From positions 1 through 25,838 of the forward strand of contig JAUWOR010000011.1 of NCBI GenBank assembly GCA_030612025.1: a stretch of DNA of 25,838 bases, given 5' to 3'. Below the pieces are notes generated by a model. The model was given only the letters and a program-made list of their open reading frames with translations, ran no database searches and was not told the DNA's origin. The translations under genes and the position numbers were made by a program. This document shows, piece by piece, positions 9,877-18,341 of the stretch. Source of the stretch: Dehalococcoidia bacterium. Its GTDB lineage: Bacteria > Chloroflexota > Dehalococcoidia > GIF9 > AB-539-J10. Each line of letters opens with the position of its first letter. Position 1 is the stretch's first letter.

Positions 9877-9951
9877 TGTCATTGCGAGGAGCTTTGCGAC
9901 GAAGCAATCTAGGGGGAGGAACAAGATTGCTTCGCTTTGCTCGCAATGACA
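9877..9951. repeat. 75-bp palindromic element (TGTCATT family)
   Basis: Perfect 12-bp terminal IR TGTCATTGCGAG/CTCGCAATGACA and an inner 11-bp IR CGAAGCAATCT/AGATTGCTTCG. Confidence 0.92.
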
Positions 9952-9974
9952 AGGTTGTTGACCTTGCTTGCTAT

Positions 9975-9983
9975 TGATATAAT
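9975..9983 (+). promoter_or_regulatory. Extended -10 for proB (probable leaderless transcript)
   Basis: TGaTATAAT ends 8 nt before the ATG at 9992; no SD. Confidence 0.55.
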
Positions 9984-9991
9984 TCGAGATA

Positions 9992-11104
9992 ATGTCTTAT
10001 CACCGCATAGTAGTTAAATTTGGCACTAGTCTCCTCACCTCAGGCACAGACCATCTTGATTTACCGGTTATGACTAACTTGGTACAGCAGGTGGCCCAAC
10101 TTCACCGCCAAGGTAAGGAGATAATAATAGTTTCCTCGGGAGCTATTGCTGCTGGAAGGGAGAAATTCAGGGGAATTCCAGAACGTAAGAACACACCCTT
10201 TAAACAAGTTCTGGCTTCAGTGGGGCAAAGTCATCTTATGCACACTTATGAGCAACTCTTTAGCCAGCATGGCATAATCATAGCTCAGGCACTACTTACT
10301 AAAGCAGATATGTCTGACCGTAGTGGCTATCTTAATGCGCGCAATACCTTACTGGCTCTCACTGAGCTTGGCGTAATCTGCATTGTCAACGAGAATGATA
10401 TTGTTGCCCTTGATGAGATCGAAGAGTTTAAGTTTGGAGATAATGATAACCTTTCCGCCATGGTAGCTAACTTAATTGATGCTGACCTTTTGGTGCTGCT
10501 CACTGACATAGGAGGCTTATATACTGCTGACCCAAGACTGCAACCTGAAGCTCAACTCATCCGTCGAGTGGATAAGATTGATACCGAAATCGAGCGCCTA
10601 GCTAGTAGTACCACTAGCCATCAAGCAAGGGGAGGCATGGTAACTAAGATTGAGGCGGCTAAACTAGCTACCTCTTCAGGTGTGAGCGTAATCATTGCTG
10701 ATGGGCGAGATCCTGATGTTTTGGCGAGGATTAGCAATGGTGAAGATATTGGTACACTCTTCCCGGCGCAAGGGGGTAAGGTGCAAAGTAGGAAGAGGTG
10801 GATGCTCAGCGGACTGGCTTCTAAAGGCAAAATGGTTGTGGACAAAGGTGCTACTTTAGCTCTTAGGAAGCAAAACAAAAGCTTGCTCCCTGCTGGTGTT
10901 ATGAAGGTGGATGGTGATTTCCAGCGTGGTGATATTGTGGATATTCTGGATGAGGGAGGCGTACATATTGGTTGCGGCATTTGTAATTACAGCTCTGCTG
11001 ATATGGCTATTATCAAAGGAGCACACTCCGATAAGATCCTCGGCCTTCTGGGACACGATTACGGCGACGAGGCGATTCACCGGAATAATATGGTGATAGT
11101 GTGA
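9992..11104 (+). CDS. proB: Glutamate 5-kinase with PUA domain
   Basis: [42 protein letters not shown]-terminal PUA domain (SLLPAGV, IHRNNM). Confidence 0.97.
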   Translation: MSYHRIVVKFGTSLLTSGTDHLDLPVMTNLVQQVAQLHRQGKEIIIVSSGAIAAGREKFRGIPERKNTPFKQVLASVGQSHLMHTYEQLFSQHGIIIAQALLTKADMSDRSGYLNARNTLLALTELGVICIVNENDIVALDEIEEFKFGDNDNLSAMVANLIDADLLVLLTDIGGLYTADPRLQPEAQLIRRVDKIDTEIERLASSTTSHQARGGMVTKIEAAKLATSSGVSVIIADGRDPDVLARISNGEDIGTLFPAQGGKVQSRKRWMLSGLASKGKMVVDKGATLALRKQNKSLLPAGVMKVDGDFQRGDIVDILDEGGVHIGCGICNYSSADMAIIKGAHSDKILGLLGHDYGDEAIHRNNMVIV

Positions 11105-11106
11105 AG

Positions 11107-11240
11107 GAGGCTGTTTAAAAATGTAGTTGCCCAATTCATTGGGCGATCGTGCCTGATTTATCAGGCAACTACAAAAATTTGGGGGTGAAAACTCTCCAAA
11201 ACGCCCAAAATCGAACGGGAAAACAAAATTAAACAGCCTA
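11107..11240 (+). mobile_element. MITE-like element carrying a GTAG REP doublet (copy 2)
   Basis: Perfect 11-bp terminal IR AGGCTGTTTAA (11108-11118)/TTAAACAGCCT (11229-11239). Core 11122-11173 has a 10-bp IR TGTAGTTGCC/GGCAACTACA with hairpins GCCCAAT-TC-ATTGGGC and TGCCTGAT-TT-ATCAGGCA. Confidence 0.75.
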
Positions 11241-11256
11241 TAAACAGAAGAGAGGT

Positions 11257-11502
11257 GTGAAAAAGATGATTGCTAAAAAGGAAGCAAGAAGAAAACGCTG
11301 CAAGAATTGCAATAGAATATTGGATCGCATTTGGTTTACGGCACTGATGACGGAGGAATGGTCATGGAATGGGGAAGGCTATAACGAATGCACCGCAAGG
11401 CATAGTCTTGTTACTGATGCGGAACAGCCTGTATGTTGCCCATACTGTGGCAAGGTTGTCGGTACAGGATTGGACCTCGGTTTTGGGGTAGGCTACAAAT
11501 GA
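11257..11502 (+). CDS. Small hypothetical Zn-ribbon protein
   Basis: Two Cys pairs (CKNC ... CCPYC); purine-rich RBS-like sequence upstream. The start may be GTG 11257 or ATG 11266. Confidence 0.65.
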   Translation: MKKMIAKKEARRKRCKNCNRILDRIWFTALMTEEWSWNGEGYNECTARHSLVTDAEQPVCCPYCGKVVGTGLDLGFGVGYK

Positions 11503-11648
11503 AGAAACCTAAAAAGAGAATTGGCGGCTTCAAAGAAACCCGCGGCATTGCCTATCAAGCAATGCACCAATTCTCTATACAAATGTATAATAGCATAATG
11601 TTAAATTTTGTCGATACCCCCTGTTTACACATATATTGAGGGACTGAT

Positions 11649-13271
11649 ATGGATACGTTGAAAACCAACGTTTTATATTATGGCGATAATCTAGAAATCT
11701 TGCGTAAGTATATTTCCGACAATTCTATTGACCTTGTTTACCTGGATCCGCCGTTTAATAGCAAGAAGGACTATAACATCCTGTTCAAGGAAAACGGCGG
11801 TGTCGAGTCTGAAGCCCAGATAAAAGCCTTTACCGATACCTGGGAGTGGGGGCCGAGTGCGCAGAATACCTATCATGATATTGTTACTAATGGACCATTG
11901 AAAGTGGGGCAGTTAATTGGCGCTTTACACGATGCCATAGGCCAAAACGACGTCATGGCGTATCTGGTTATGATGACCACCAGGTTAATAGAACTCCACC
12001 GTGTCCTCAAGCCAACTGGCTCTCTTTATCTTCATTGTGACCCCACTGCCAGCCATTATTTGAAGTTGGTGCTAGACCAGATATTTGGCCCAGCCAATTT
12101 CAGGAATGAGATTGTGTGGCAAAAAATACGCATCGAAAAAGCTCAAAGTAAACAATTCGCTAAGCTTCAGGACACAATATTCTGGTATACAAAAGCAGAC
12201 GAATATATTTTCAATCAACAACGGCTGTCGCCCTCAGGAGAGTACACTGATAAATACTATAGCCAAGTAGAACCTGAGACCGGCAGAAGATACCAACTGA
12301 TTAGTTTCATACAAGGGGGCCAAGGATCAGCGCGCAGGTTTGGAGACCGATTGCTTGAGCCTCCTCAAGGCAAGCACTGGATATGGTCACAGGAACGCAT
12401 TGATAAAGCAATGCAAGAAGGATTACTAGTTTTCACTGACCCAAATAAGCCACGGTTAAAGAGGTACCTTGACGAACACGAGGGACGAAACGTTGGCACG
12501 ATATGGTCAGACATATTCCCCATTAACGCCGTAGCAAAAGAACGTCTCGGCTATGAAACCCAAAAACCCCTCGCCCTTTTGGAGCGCATAATCAAAGCCA
12601 GCTCCAATGAAGGTGATGTTGTCCTTGACCCCTTCTGTGGCTGTGGCACAGCACTTGTTGCTGCCCAAAAACTGAATAGACGCTGGATAGGCATTGATAT
12701 TACTCATTTGGCTATTACCCTGATGCGCAACCGTCTCCGAGATAGCTTCCCTGGCATTCAATTCGAAGTTATTGGCGAGCCGGTGGATTTGGCTTCAGCT
12801 AAGGCTCTAGCAAGACAAGACCGCTACCAGTTCCAATGGTGGGCACTTGGCTTGATCAAAGCTAGACCGCTTGGCGAGAAAAAGAAAGGTGCTGACAAAG
12901 GGATTGATGGCGTTATCCAGTTCATAGATGACCCCAGTGGCAAGGCAAAGCGAGCCGTTGTCCAGGTAAAAAGCGGGCATGTAGGCGTCAATGCCGTCAG
13001 GGAATTGAAAGCAGTGGCAGCTCATGATGCTCTAGGTATCTTTATTACCTTGGAGCCACCAACCGGGCCAATGCAGACTGAAGCGGTAAGCGCTGGCTTT
13101 TACCACTCGCCGGGCTGGAATAAAGATTATCCTAAGATACAGATATTGACTATAGAAGAGCTACTACATAGCAAAGCTGTTGATATGCCGCCACAAACCC
13201 AAACAAATGTTACTTTTGCCAAAGCGCCGAAGGTTTCTCAAAAGGAAGGGGAGCAGCTATCTATGGAGTAG
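11649..13271 (+). CDS. Beta-class N6-adenine/N4-cytosine DNA methyltransferase with C-terminal Mrr-like endonuclease domain
   Basis: Motif IV YLDPPFNS comes before motif I VLDPFCGCGT; YETQKPLALLERII; C-terminal GADKGIDG...VVQVKSG (D..QxK). Confidence 0.9.
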   Translation: MDTLKTNVLYYGDNLEILRKYISDNSIDLVYLDPPFNSKKDYNILFKENGGVESEAQIKAFTDTWEWGPSAQNTYHDIVTNGPLKVGQLIGALHDAIGQNDVMAYLVMMTTRLIELHRVLKPTGSLYLHCDPTASHYLKLVLDQIFGPANFRNEIVWQKIRIEKAQSKQFAKLQDTIFWYTKADEYIFNQQRLSPSGEYTDKYYSQVEPETGRRYQLISFIQGGQGSARRFGDRLLEPPQGKHWIWSQERIDKAMQEGLLVFTDPNKPRLKRYLDEHEGRNVGTIWSDIFPINAVAKERLGYETQKPLALLERIIKASSNEGDVVLDPFCGCGTALVAAQKLNRRWIGIDITHLAITLMRNRLRDSFPGIQFEVIGEPVDLASAKALARQDRYQFQWWALGLIKARPLGEKKKGADKGIDGVIQFIDDPSGKAKRAVVQVKSGHVGVNAVRELKAVAAHDALGIFITLEPPTGPMQTEAVSAGFYHSPGWNKDYPKIQILTIEELLHSKAVDMPPQTQTNVTFAKAPKVSQKEGEQLSME

Positions 13272-13279
13272 TAATAAGG

Positions 13280-13948
13280 GTGATGGAAATGGATGACATT
13301 ATCACAAATATGCGCATCAGTTTGGAAGAAGCACATGTGAAGGGCGTTCCAGAGTATATAAAAAAATTGCGGGCTAATGCCAATAATAAGAAGAATTTTG
13401 AGGATGTTCGTCTTGAGGGCACGGCAGCACTCATGTTCAGTAAAGCAGGTTGCGAAGTGAGCATGCGAGAATCTCCCGACTTAGCTGTCAGATTCAATAA
13501 TGAACAATTCTATGCAGAAGTCAAACACTTTAGAAAGAAGGAGCAAGATAGAATTGACGATGCTAAAATGAGTGAGCCCGGTGATTTACTGGTGCCCTAT
13601 GGCGATACAGTTCCGTTAGAAGGTAAGCATGCCTGGGAGCAGGTTTATGATGTGGCGAAAGACAAGATAGAAAAATATAAGGAACACGCCCCTTATATCT
13701 TGGTCATTGAGAGCAGCAGCACTAGTATTGAAGATACAGAAATACCTACAGCAATTGATAGGATTAACCAAGATGTTCGTTCCGGCAAATGTGAGGGATT
13801 CGCCAAACTAAATGGCATTCTGTTGAGAATGTTGGACTGGTATAATATCTCTCAAAAAAGACGAGTGTATTTCCGCCCCATAAGCAATCCTGCTGTTTCG
13901 CTTAGTCGGGAACTGTTTTGGTTGCTTGATGGGATTTATTTTGGCTAG
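13280..13948 (+). CDS. Hypothetical protein, putative PD-(D/E)xK nuclease fold
   Basis: E...ESPDLAVRFNNEQFYAEVKH pattern; starts 8 nt downstream of the MTase stop. Confidence 0.65.
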   Translation: MMEMDDIITNMRISLEEAHVKGVPEYIKKLRANANNKKNFEDVRLEGTAALMFSKAGCEVSMRESPDLAVRFNNEQFYAEVKHFRKKEQDRIDDAKMSEPGDLLVPYGDTVPLEGKHAWEQVYDVAKDKIEKYKEHAPYILVIESSSTSIEDTEIPTAIDRINQDVRSGKCEGFAKLNGILLRMLDWYNISQKRRVYFRPISNPAVSLSRELFWLLDGIYFG

Positions 13949-13985
13949 CCAATACTCTACAGCGAACAAATAATCGTGGGAGTTA

Positions 13986-14046
13986 AAGAGGGGGCGGAGC
14001 CCCTCTTAGATATGCGGGAGAGTGAAAGAGAGGCGAAGCCTCCCTT
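13986..14046 (+). repeat. Two tandem REP-like hairpins with GCGRAGC tips
   Basis: AAGAGGGGGCGGAGCCCCTCTT (13986-14007) and AAGAGAGGCGAAGCCTCCCTT (14026-14046), 40-bp period. Confidence 0.75.
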
Positions 14047-14090
14047 ATATAACTAAAGGGGATAGGGTTACCATATAAGAGGAGCAAAAT

Positions 14091-15428
14091 ATGAAATCAG
14101 CTATAAAGGAACTAGAGCAAAAGGCTAAGGCAGCCAAGGCAGCGTCGAGGAAGCTTGCTTTCCTTTCCACCGAGGTTAAGAATAAGGCTTTGCTCAATGT
14201 TGCTGAAGCTCTTATTGATAAGCAAAGTGAAATCTTGGCTGCCAATAAAATTGATTATGAAGAAGCTAAAGCTTCAGGGATGAGTGAGGCTATGCTTGAT
14301 AGGCTTATGTTATCGCCGAGCCGTTTGGAAGCTATGGCTCAAGACGTAAAGGTGGTGGCTGCCTTGCCTGACCCTGTTGGCGAGGTATTCGAAATGCGTA
14401 CTCTGCCCAATGGTTTACAGATAGGTAAGAAAAGAGTTCCTCTCGGTGTTATAGGAGCTGTATATGAAAGCCGTCCCAATGTAACTATAGACATCTCAAG
14501 TCTGTGTCTTAAATCGGGCAATGCTGTTATTCTTCGTGGTGGTAAGGAAGCTATAAACTCCAACAGTGCGTTAGCTAAAGTAGCTCAGCAGGCTTGCCTA
14601 AATGCTGGTGTGTCTGAGGGAGCAATTCAATTCATCGAATCTACAGAGCGTGCTTTAGTCAACCATATGCTCCAGATGAAAGGGGTGATTGACTTAATAA
14701 TTCCCCGTGGCGGGCCTGGGTTGATAAAGCTTATCTCGGAAAATGCTGCTATGCCGGTGATCACCGGTGGAGTGGGTGTTTGCCATACCTACGTGGATAA
14801 AAGTGCTGACCTGAGTAAAGCTGTAGCCATTGCCTATAATGCCAAAGTTCAGCGTCCTACTGTGTGCAATGCCCTCGATTGCCTTTTAGTCCATAGTCAA
14901 ATTGCTCAAACTTATCTACCTTCCATTGCTGAGGAGTGGGCCAAGGCTGGAGTTGAAATGCATTGCGATGAGCAAGCTATGGCTATACTTAAGTCCTTTG
15001 TCCTTTCAAAAGTTGCTCGAGAGCTTGATACTGAACTTGCCGAGGCTGTTTTGGAGACCGCCTCTTCTTTAAAATTAGTCCCGGCGGTGGACGGGGATTG
15101 GGGAAGAGAATTCCTGTCACTGAAAGCAGCTATCAAGGTGGTTGATTCCTTAGACGAAGCTCTGGAGCATATTGAGAAATATGGCTCAGGGCATTCCGAA
15201 GCTATTGTCACCGAGGATTATTCCGCAGCGATGAGGTTCCTGAACGAAGTGGATGCTGCTTGTGTTTATGCCAATGCCAGCACTAGGTTTACCGACGGTT
15301 CGCAGTTTGGCTTAGGGGCTGAGATAGGCATAAGCACTCAGAAATTTCATGCTCGTGGTCCTATGGGTCTTAAGGAACTAACCAGTTACAAATGGATTAT
15401 CTTCGGCAGTGGACAGATTCGTCCTTAG
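14091..15428 (+). CDS. proA: Gamma-glutamyl phosphate reductase
   Basis: RVPLGVIGAVYESRPNVT, ILRGGKEA, RPTVCNA, NASTRFTDG and STQKFHARGPMGL motifs; GAGGAG RBS. Confidence 0.97.
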   Translation: MKSAIKELEQKAKAAKAASRKLAFLSTEVKNKALLNVAEALIDKQSEILAANKIDYEEAKASGMSEAMLDRLMLSPSRLEAMAQDVKVVAALPDPVGEVFEMRTLPNGLQIGKKRVPLGVIGAVYESRPNVTIDISSLCLKSGNAVILRGGKEAINSNSALAKVAQQACLNAGVSEGAIQFIESTERALVNHMLQMKGVIDLIIPRGGPGLIKLISENAAMPVITGGVGVCHTYVDKSADLSKAVAIAYNAKVQRPTVCNALDCLLVHSQIAQTYLPSIAEEWAKAGVEMHCDEQAMAILKSFVLSKVARELDTELAEAVLETASSLKLVPAVDGDWGREFLSLKAAIKVVDSLDEALEHIEKYGSGHSEAIVTEDYSAAMRFLNEVDAACVYANASTRFTDGSQFGLGAEIGISTQKFHARGPMGLKELTSYKWIIFGSGQIRP

Positions 15429-15439
15429 GAGATGTGCTA

Positions 15440-15901
15440 TCAGTATCCTGACTTTTTCCCAGTCATACTGTCTATTTCAATTTTAATGATCGCTACCTTA
15501 TTAATTTTATTTGCCGAATATTCATGGGAGTTACTCGAGTAGTGTTCCATAATAATATTCAACGCCTTTCTTTTTTCCTCAAGGTCGTCAATGAAAAAGG
15601 CTTTCCCAAAGCCGATAACGCTATAATATTTCATACTCCAGCTACAAGGGTCTTCTGGTTTTTTTACTAGTTCACAATCAATATCCAACTCAAAGCAGAC
15701 ATTATTGTTTTGTTTAATAATGTCAATTTTCCTGCCCTCGGGGGCGGAATGAAAATACAAACAATTATCTTTGTAACCAAAACTAAGAGGGACAATATAT
15801 GGAACGTTGTTTTCAGATAAAGCAATTCTGCAAACAGTGGCCCTTTTTATTATAGATTCTATTACCTTTTTATCTTCAATTTCTTTGTCTTTTCTTCTCA
15901 T
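15440..15901 (-). CDS. Pyridoxamine 5'-phosphate oxidase-like flavin-binding protein (NimA/NimC-like)
   Basis: MRRKDKEI start, PYIVPLSFGY, LYFHSAPEGRK, YYSVIGFG, MTGKKS end. Confidence 0.9.
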   Translation of the reverse strand: MRRKDKEIEDKKVIESIIKRATVCRIALSENNVPYIVPLSFGYKDNCLYFHSAPEGRKIDIIKQNNNVCFELDIDCELVKKPEDPCSWSMKYYSVIGFGKAFFIDDLEEKRKALNIIMEHYSSNSHEYSANKINKVAIIKIEIDSMTGKKSGY

Positions 15902-15983
15902 CTTTACTTACCTTTCCTTTTGGTGTGTTTCCAAATAAGGTTCCGCGTGTTTGCGAACTGTAAACGCTGTTACAGGACGCTCG

Positions 15984-16424
15984 TTATTCCAGTATTTGTT
16001 CGATAATCTCTGCTGCGTCTTGGACAAACTTTGGGCAGAGAGTAGTGGTGAGTTTCTTCTCTTTTACAAGCTTCATTCCCTCGGGAGTGCTCATATCATA
16101 CCCAAGCAATTCTCGACATACAATTGACCCATTACGAGATTTGAATCTGTCAACAAATTCCCTAACGAGGCTGTAAGCCCTCTCTTTTGCTTGCTTATCC
16201 TCAACCCTTGTATTTCCGTGTTTAAGCCCTATGACCATAAACGCACCGGTTACCGCTCCACATGTTTCGCCCATGCGCGCCATTCCACCTCCAAAAGCCC
16301 CAGAGGCCTTTAAGGCAAGTTCGTGGTTTAAGCCGAGTTGTGGCCCGTAAGTTGAAAGCATTGCTTGAGAACAGCTGAAACCTTCTTTAAAACAGGAAAC
16401 TGCACGTTCAACTCTGTCCATCAT
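15984..16424 (-). CDS. C_GCAxxG_C_C family putative redox protein
   Basis: FSCSQA, GAFGGGMA...TCGAVTG, IVCRELLG and LCPKFV motifs; GGAGG RBS. Confidence 0.92.
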   Translation of the reverse strand: MMDRVERAVSCFKEGFSCSQAMLSTYGPQLGLNHELALKASGAFGGGMARMGETCGAVTGAFMVIGLKHGNTRVEDKQAKERAYSLVREFVDRFKSRNGSIVCRELLGYDMSTPEGMKLVKEKKLTTTLCPKFVQDAAEIIEQILE

Positions 16425-16524
16425 TCAAACCTCCAATTCTTAAGCGGGTGTCGTGTGACATCCATATAGATGAACTCACAACCTACCCGCTTCACTCACT
16501 ATGAAATATTACCTTGCTACTTTC

Positions 16525-17238
16525 TTAAGGTAAAGCTCTTAGCGTTTCCTTTTGAATTTTGAATAGCTTTTCTATTCCCTGCTGGGCTAAAGAGAGCAGT
16601 GAATCAGCAGTTTCTCTGGAGAAGGGTTTGCCTTCAGCAGTTCCTTGAATTTCCACAAACTCATTTTTGTCGGTCATGACCACATTGAAATCGACTTCCG
16701 CTCGATAGTCCTCTTCGTAACAAAGATCGAGCAGCATATCGCCGTCTACAATGCCAACACTGGTGGCGGCTACCGTTCTATGTAACGGCATAAATGGCAA
16801 ACTACCTTGCTTTCTCAGATTGTGGAAGGCTTGAAATAGGGCGACGTACCCACCGGTGATGGCTGCCGTTCTGGTGCCACCATCTGCCTGAAGCACATCG
16901 CAATCCACAATGAGGGTTCTCTCCCCCAGGACTGATAAATTAGTTGCTGCCCTTAGACTGCGGCCAACAAGTCGCTGAATCTCCTGGTTTCTTCCTCCTG
17001 TCTGACCACGTGATGTGCGTGTCAGGGTGGAGCGAGGCAGCATAGCATATTCAGCGGTAACCCAGCCCTGGCCACTTCCTTTAAGGAAGTGGGGCACCCT
17101 TTCTTCCATGCTCACAGAGCATAGCACCCTTGTCTTCCCCAATTCAATTAAAGCTGAGCCTTCAGCGAAGCTCTGATAGCCCAGTGTTATGCGCACCGGG
17201 CGAAGCTCATTATTAGCTCGAGCATCTATTCTTGTCAT
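16525..17238 (-). CDS. rph: Ribonuclease PH
   Basis: [50 protein letters not shown]. Confidence 0.97.
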   Translation of the reverse strand: MTRIDARANNELRPVRITLGYQSFAEGSALIELGKTRVLCSVSMEERVPHFLKGSGQGWVTAEYAMLPRSTLTRTSRGQTGGRNQEIQRLVGRSLRAATNLSVLGERTLIVDCDVLQADGGTRTAAITGGYVALFQAFHNLRKQGSLPFMPLHRTVAATSVGIVDGDMLLDLCYEEDYRAEVDFNVVMTDKNEFVEIQGTAEGKPFSRETADSLLSLAQQGIEKLFKIQKETLRALP

Positions 17239-17285
17239 AAAGGTGTTTTGCCACTAAAATACATGTTTGATATCGTTCACCTTGC

Positions 17286-17342
17286 TGTCATTCTGAGCGT
17301 AGTGAAGAATCTTAGAGACCCTTCGCTTTGCTCAGGGTGACA
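17286..17342. repeat. 57-bp palindromic element (TGTCATT family)
   Basis: TGTCATTCTGAGC/GCTCAGGGTGACA ends (two G-T pairs), inner GAAGAATCT/AGACCCTTC; shares CTTCGCTTTGCTC with 9930-9942. Confidence 0.88.
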
Positions 17343-17364
17343 CAGAGCGGCTGAGCGTTCATAC

Positions 17365-17393
17365 TTGATATACTAAACAAATTTAGCTAAGAT
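17365..17393 (+). promoter_or_regulatory. sigma70-type promoter for the NEW3/ABC operon
   Basis: TTGATA, 17-nt spacer, TAAGAT, followed by AGGAGG RBS at 17409-17414. Confidence 0.55.
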
Positions 17394-17423
17394 GTAAAAT
17401 CAAAGCTTAGGAGGATGTAAAGG

Positions 17424-18338
17424 ATGAATAAATCCAAACTAGCTTGCCTTACAAGCTGTCTTATCCTATGTCTAGCAATATCTAGCGGGCTGATTGCCCA
17501 AGCAGTGGTTAGGGCTCAACCAGAGGAGCAAACTTCACCTCCGGAGGAAACACTAGAGCTTAGTACCAAGTATCCGGTACTATCCGGCGCAGCGGGCGAA
17601 ACTTTTAATTTTGAAGTGGAATTGAGGTATAGGGGCGGTGTTGAACCACGTCCTTTTGACCTCTCGGTTGAAGGGCCGAAAGGCTGGCTAGCATTGATAC
17701 AAAAGGGGAAATATGAGGAGGAAACAATATCAGCTATTAGTCTTACCCCAGGTTTGCGTGAAACGATTTTAGTTGTGGCTATGGCACCACCTTGGGCACC
17801 GCCAGAACCAGGGGAGTACGCTATACGGCTAGAGGCTGTAGAAAGGGAGACAGGAGAGCCGAGGAATAGTTTCGATCTTGTAGCTGAAATCACTGCCAGA
17901 TATGGTTTTACAGCGGAAACAACTAGCGGCCGGCTCAATATTAAGGCTACCGCGGGGAAGGAGAGCCACCTCTCTCTCATTATCACCAACACGGGAACAG
18001 CTACCTTGGGTGAAATTAGGCTCTCATCAAGCAAACCAAGTGGAATTGCCGGTGAGGAATGGCGCATAACCTTTGAGCCAGATAAGATAGAGTCTCTTTC
18101 ACCATGGGATGAGCAAGAGGTCGAGGTTACCATAAAGCCACCATCCAAGACCATAGCCGGGGATTATATGACTACCTTGAGATTTGATAGCGACCCCAAA
18201 CCTTCAACGGAACCTCCTAAGTTAGATATCAGGGTAACGGTAGGAACACCCACTAAATGGGGGTGGATAGGGGCTGGCATTGTAGTTGCTGTGATAGCTG
18301 GCTTAGTAATAGGCTTTAGGCAGTTGGGCCGAAGATAA
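17424..18338 (+). CDS. Membrane-anchored extracytoplasmic protein with NEW3/Ig-like domains (ABC transporter partner)
   Basis: N-terminal signal peptide, two Ig-like repeats (NTGTATL...WRITFEP...IAGDY), C-terminal TM ending in GRR; in an operon with ABC genes. Confidence 0.8.
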   Translation: MNKSKLACLTSCLILCLAISSGLIAQAVVRAQPEEQTSPPEETLELSTKYPVLSGAAGETFNFEVELRYRGGVEPRPFDLSVEGPKGWLALIQKGKYEEETISAISLTPGLRETILVVAMAPPWAPPEPGEYAIRLEAVERETGEPRNSFDLVAEITARYGFTAETTSGRLNIKATAGKESHLSLIITNTGTATLGEIRLSSSKPSGIAGEEWRITFEPDKIESLSPWDEQEVEVTIKPPSKTIAGDYMTTLRFDSDPKPSTEPPKLDIRVTVGTPTKWGWIGAGIVVAVIAGLVIGFRQLGRR

Positions 18339-18341
18339 AAA

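Noticed and set aside
13986-14046. CRISPR array
   Set aside because: Only two non-identical units, an 18-nt spacer and no cas genes.
15902-15983. Integron attC site
   Set aside because: It contains a TAAC and short IRs, but no convincing paired RYYYAAC/GTTRRRY ends, and there is no integrase in the window.
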